DNA of 64,000 nucleotides from Bacillota bacterium. GTDB lineage: Bacteria > Bacillota > Clostridia > Peptostreptococcales > Anaerovoracaceae. Below: more notes on the stretch, generated by a model. It worked only from the letters and a program-made list of their open reading frames with translations, was not told where the DNA came from and searched no databases. Positions within the stretch are counted from its first letter, which is position 1. The DNA itself is not shown here. Location of the stretch: NCBI GenBank assembly GCA_905372035.1, contig CAJPNN010000002.1, positions 1,497 through 65,496 on the forward strand. The letters run 5' to 3'.

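Noticed and set aside
63973-63975. ORF-track start codon of the giant protein
   Set aside because: It is a TTG in the middle of a Big_2 domain with no SD. The frame stays open to base 63999, and the residues before it match the pre-Big_2 element of other modules. The real start is outside the window.
26212-64000. Possibility that the periodic repeats are a CRISPR array, satellite DNA or an assembly artefact
   Set aside because: The repeats are 300-1650 nt protein-domain units that are strongly divergent at DNA level. They lie in one continuous reading frame, with no short identical direct repeats and unique spacers.

Overview
AT-rich, Clostridia-like (Firmicutes) chromosomal segment with two very different parts. 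Bases 1-26,200 are ordinary housekeeping DNA. They hold the 3' end of an ISL3-type transposase at the left edge, pyruvate:ferredoxin oxidoreductase (nifJ, minus) and a divergent rnfCDGEAB operon (plus). Next come a NusG_II-domain membrane protein and a Gx-transporter family protein. The rest is a long minus-strand run: argF, a DUF1836 protein, a THUMP RNA methyltransferase, mreB, queT-queF, and an argC-argJ-argB-argD-carA-carB operon. Bases 26,212-64,000 are one uninterrupted minus-strand reading frame of more than 12,590 codons that is still open at the right window edge, so its N-terminus lies outside the window. By eye it encodes at least 11 tandem modules of Big_2 plus an RCC1-type beta-propeller. 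These are followed by about 60 divergent cadherin-like beta-sandwich units of 100-125 aa, a CarboxypepD_reg-like sandwich, and two dockerin/EF-hand-like Ca-binding loops split by a 110-aa insert. No LPXTG, SLH or C-terminal TM anchor is visible. This giant modular surface-fibre gene is the standout feature. Smaller observations: a Cys-rich C-terminal tail on RnfE; a roughly 200-nt structured queT leader with duplicated anti-SD elements (preQ1 riboswitch candidate); ARG-box-like operators; relic in-frame copies of the argJ and argC 3' ends; and a three-arm GC-rich hairpin motif between the giant gene and argC. No rRNA, tRNA or CRISPR was seen. All domain calls come from motif recognition in the translations, not from searches.
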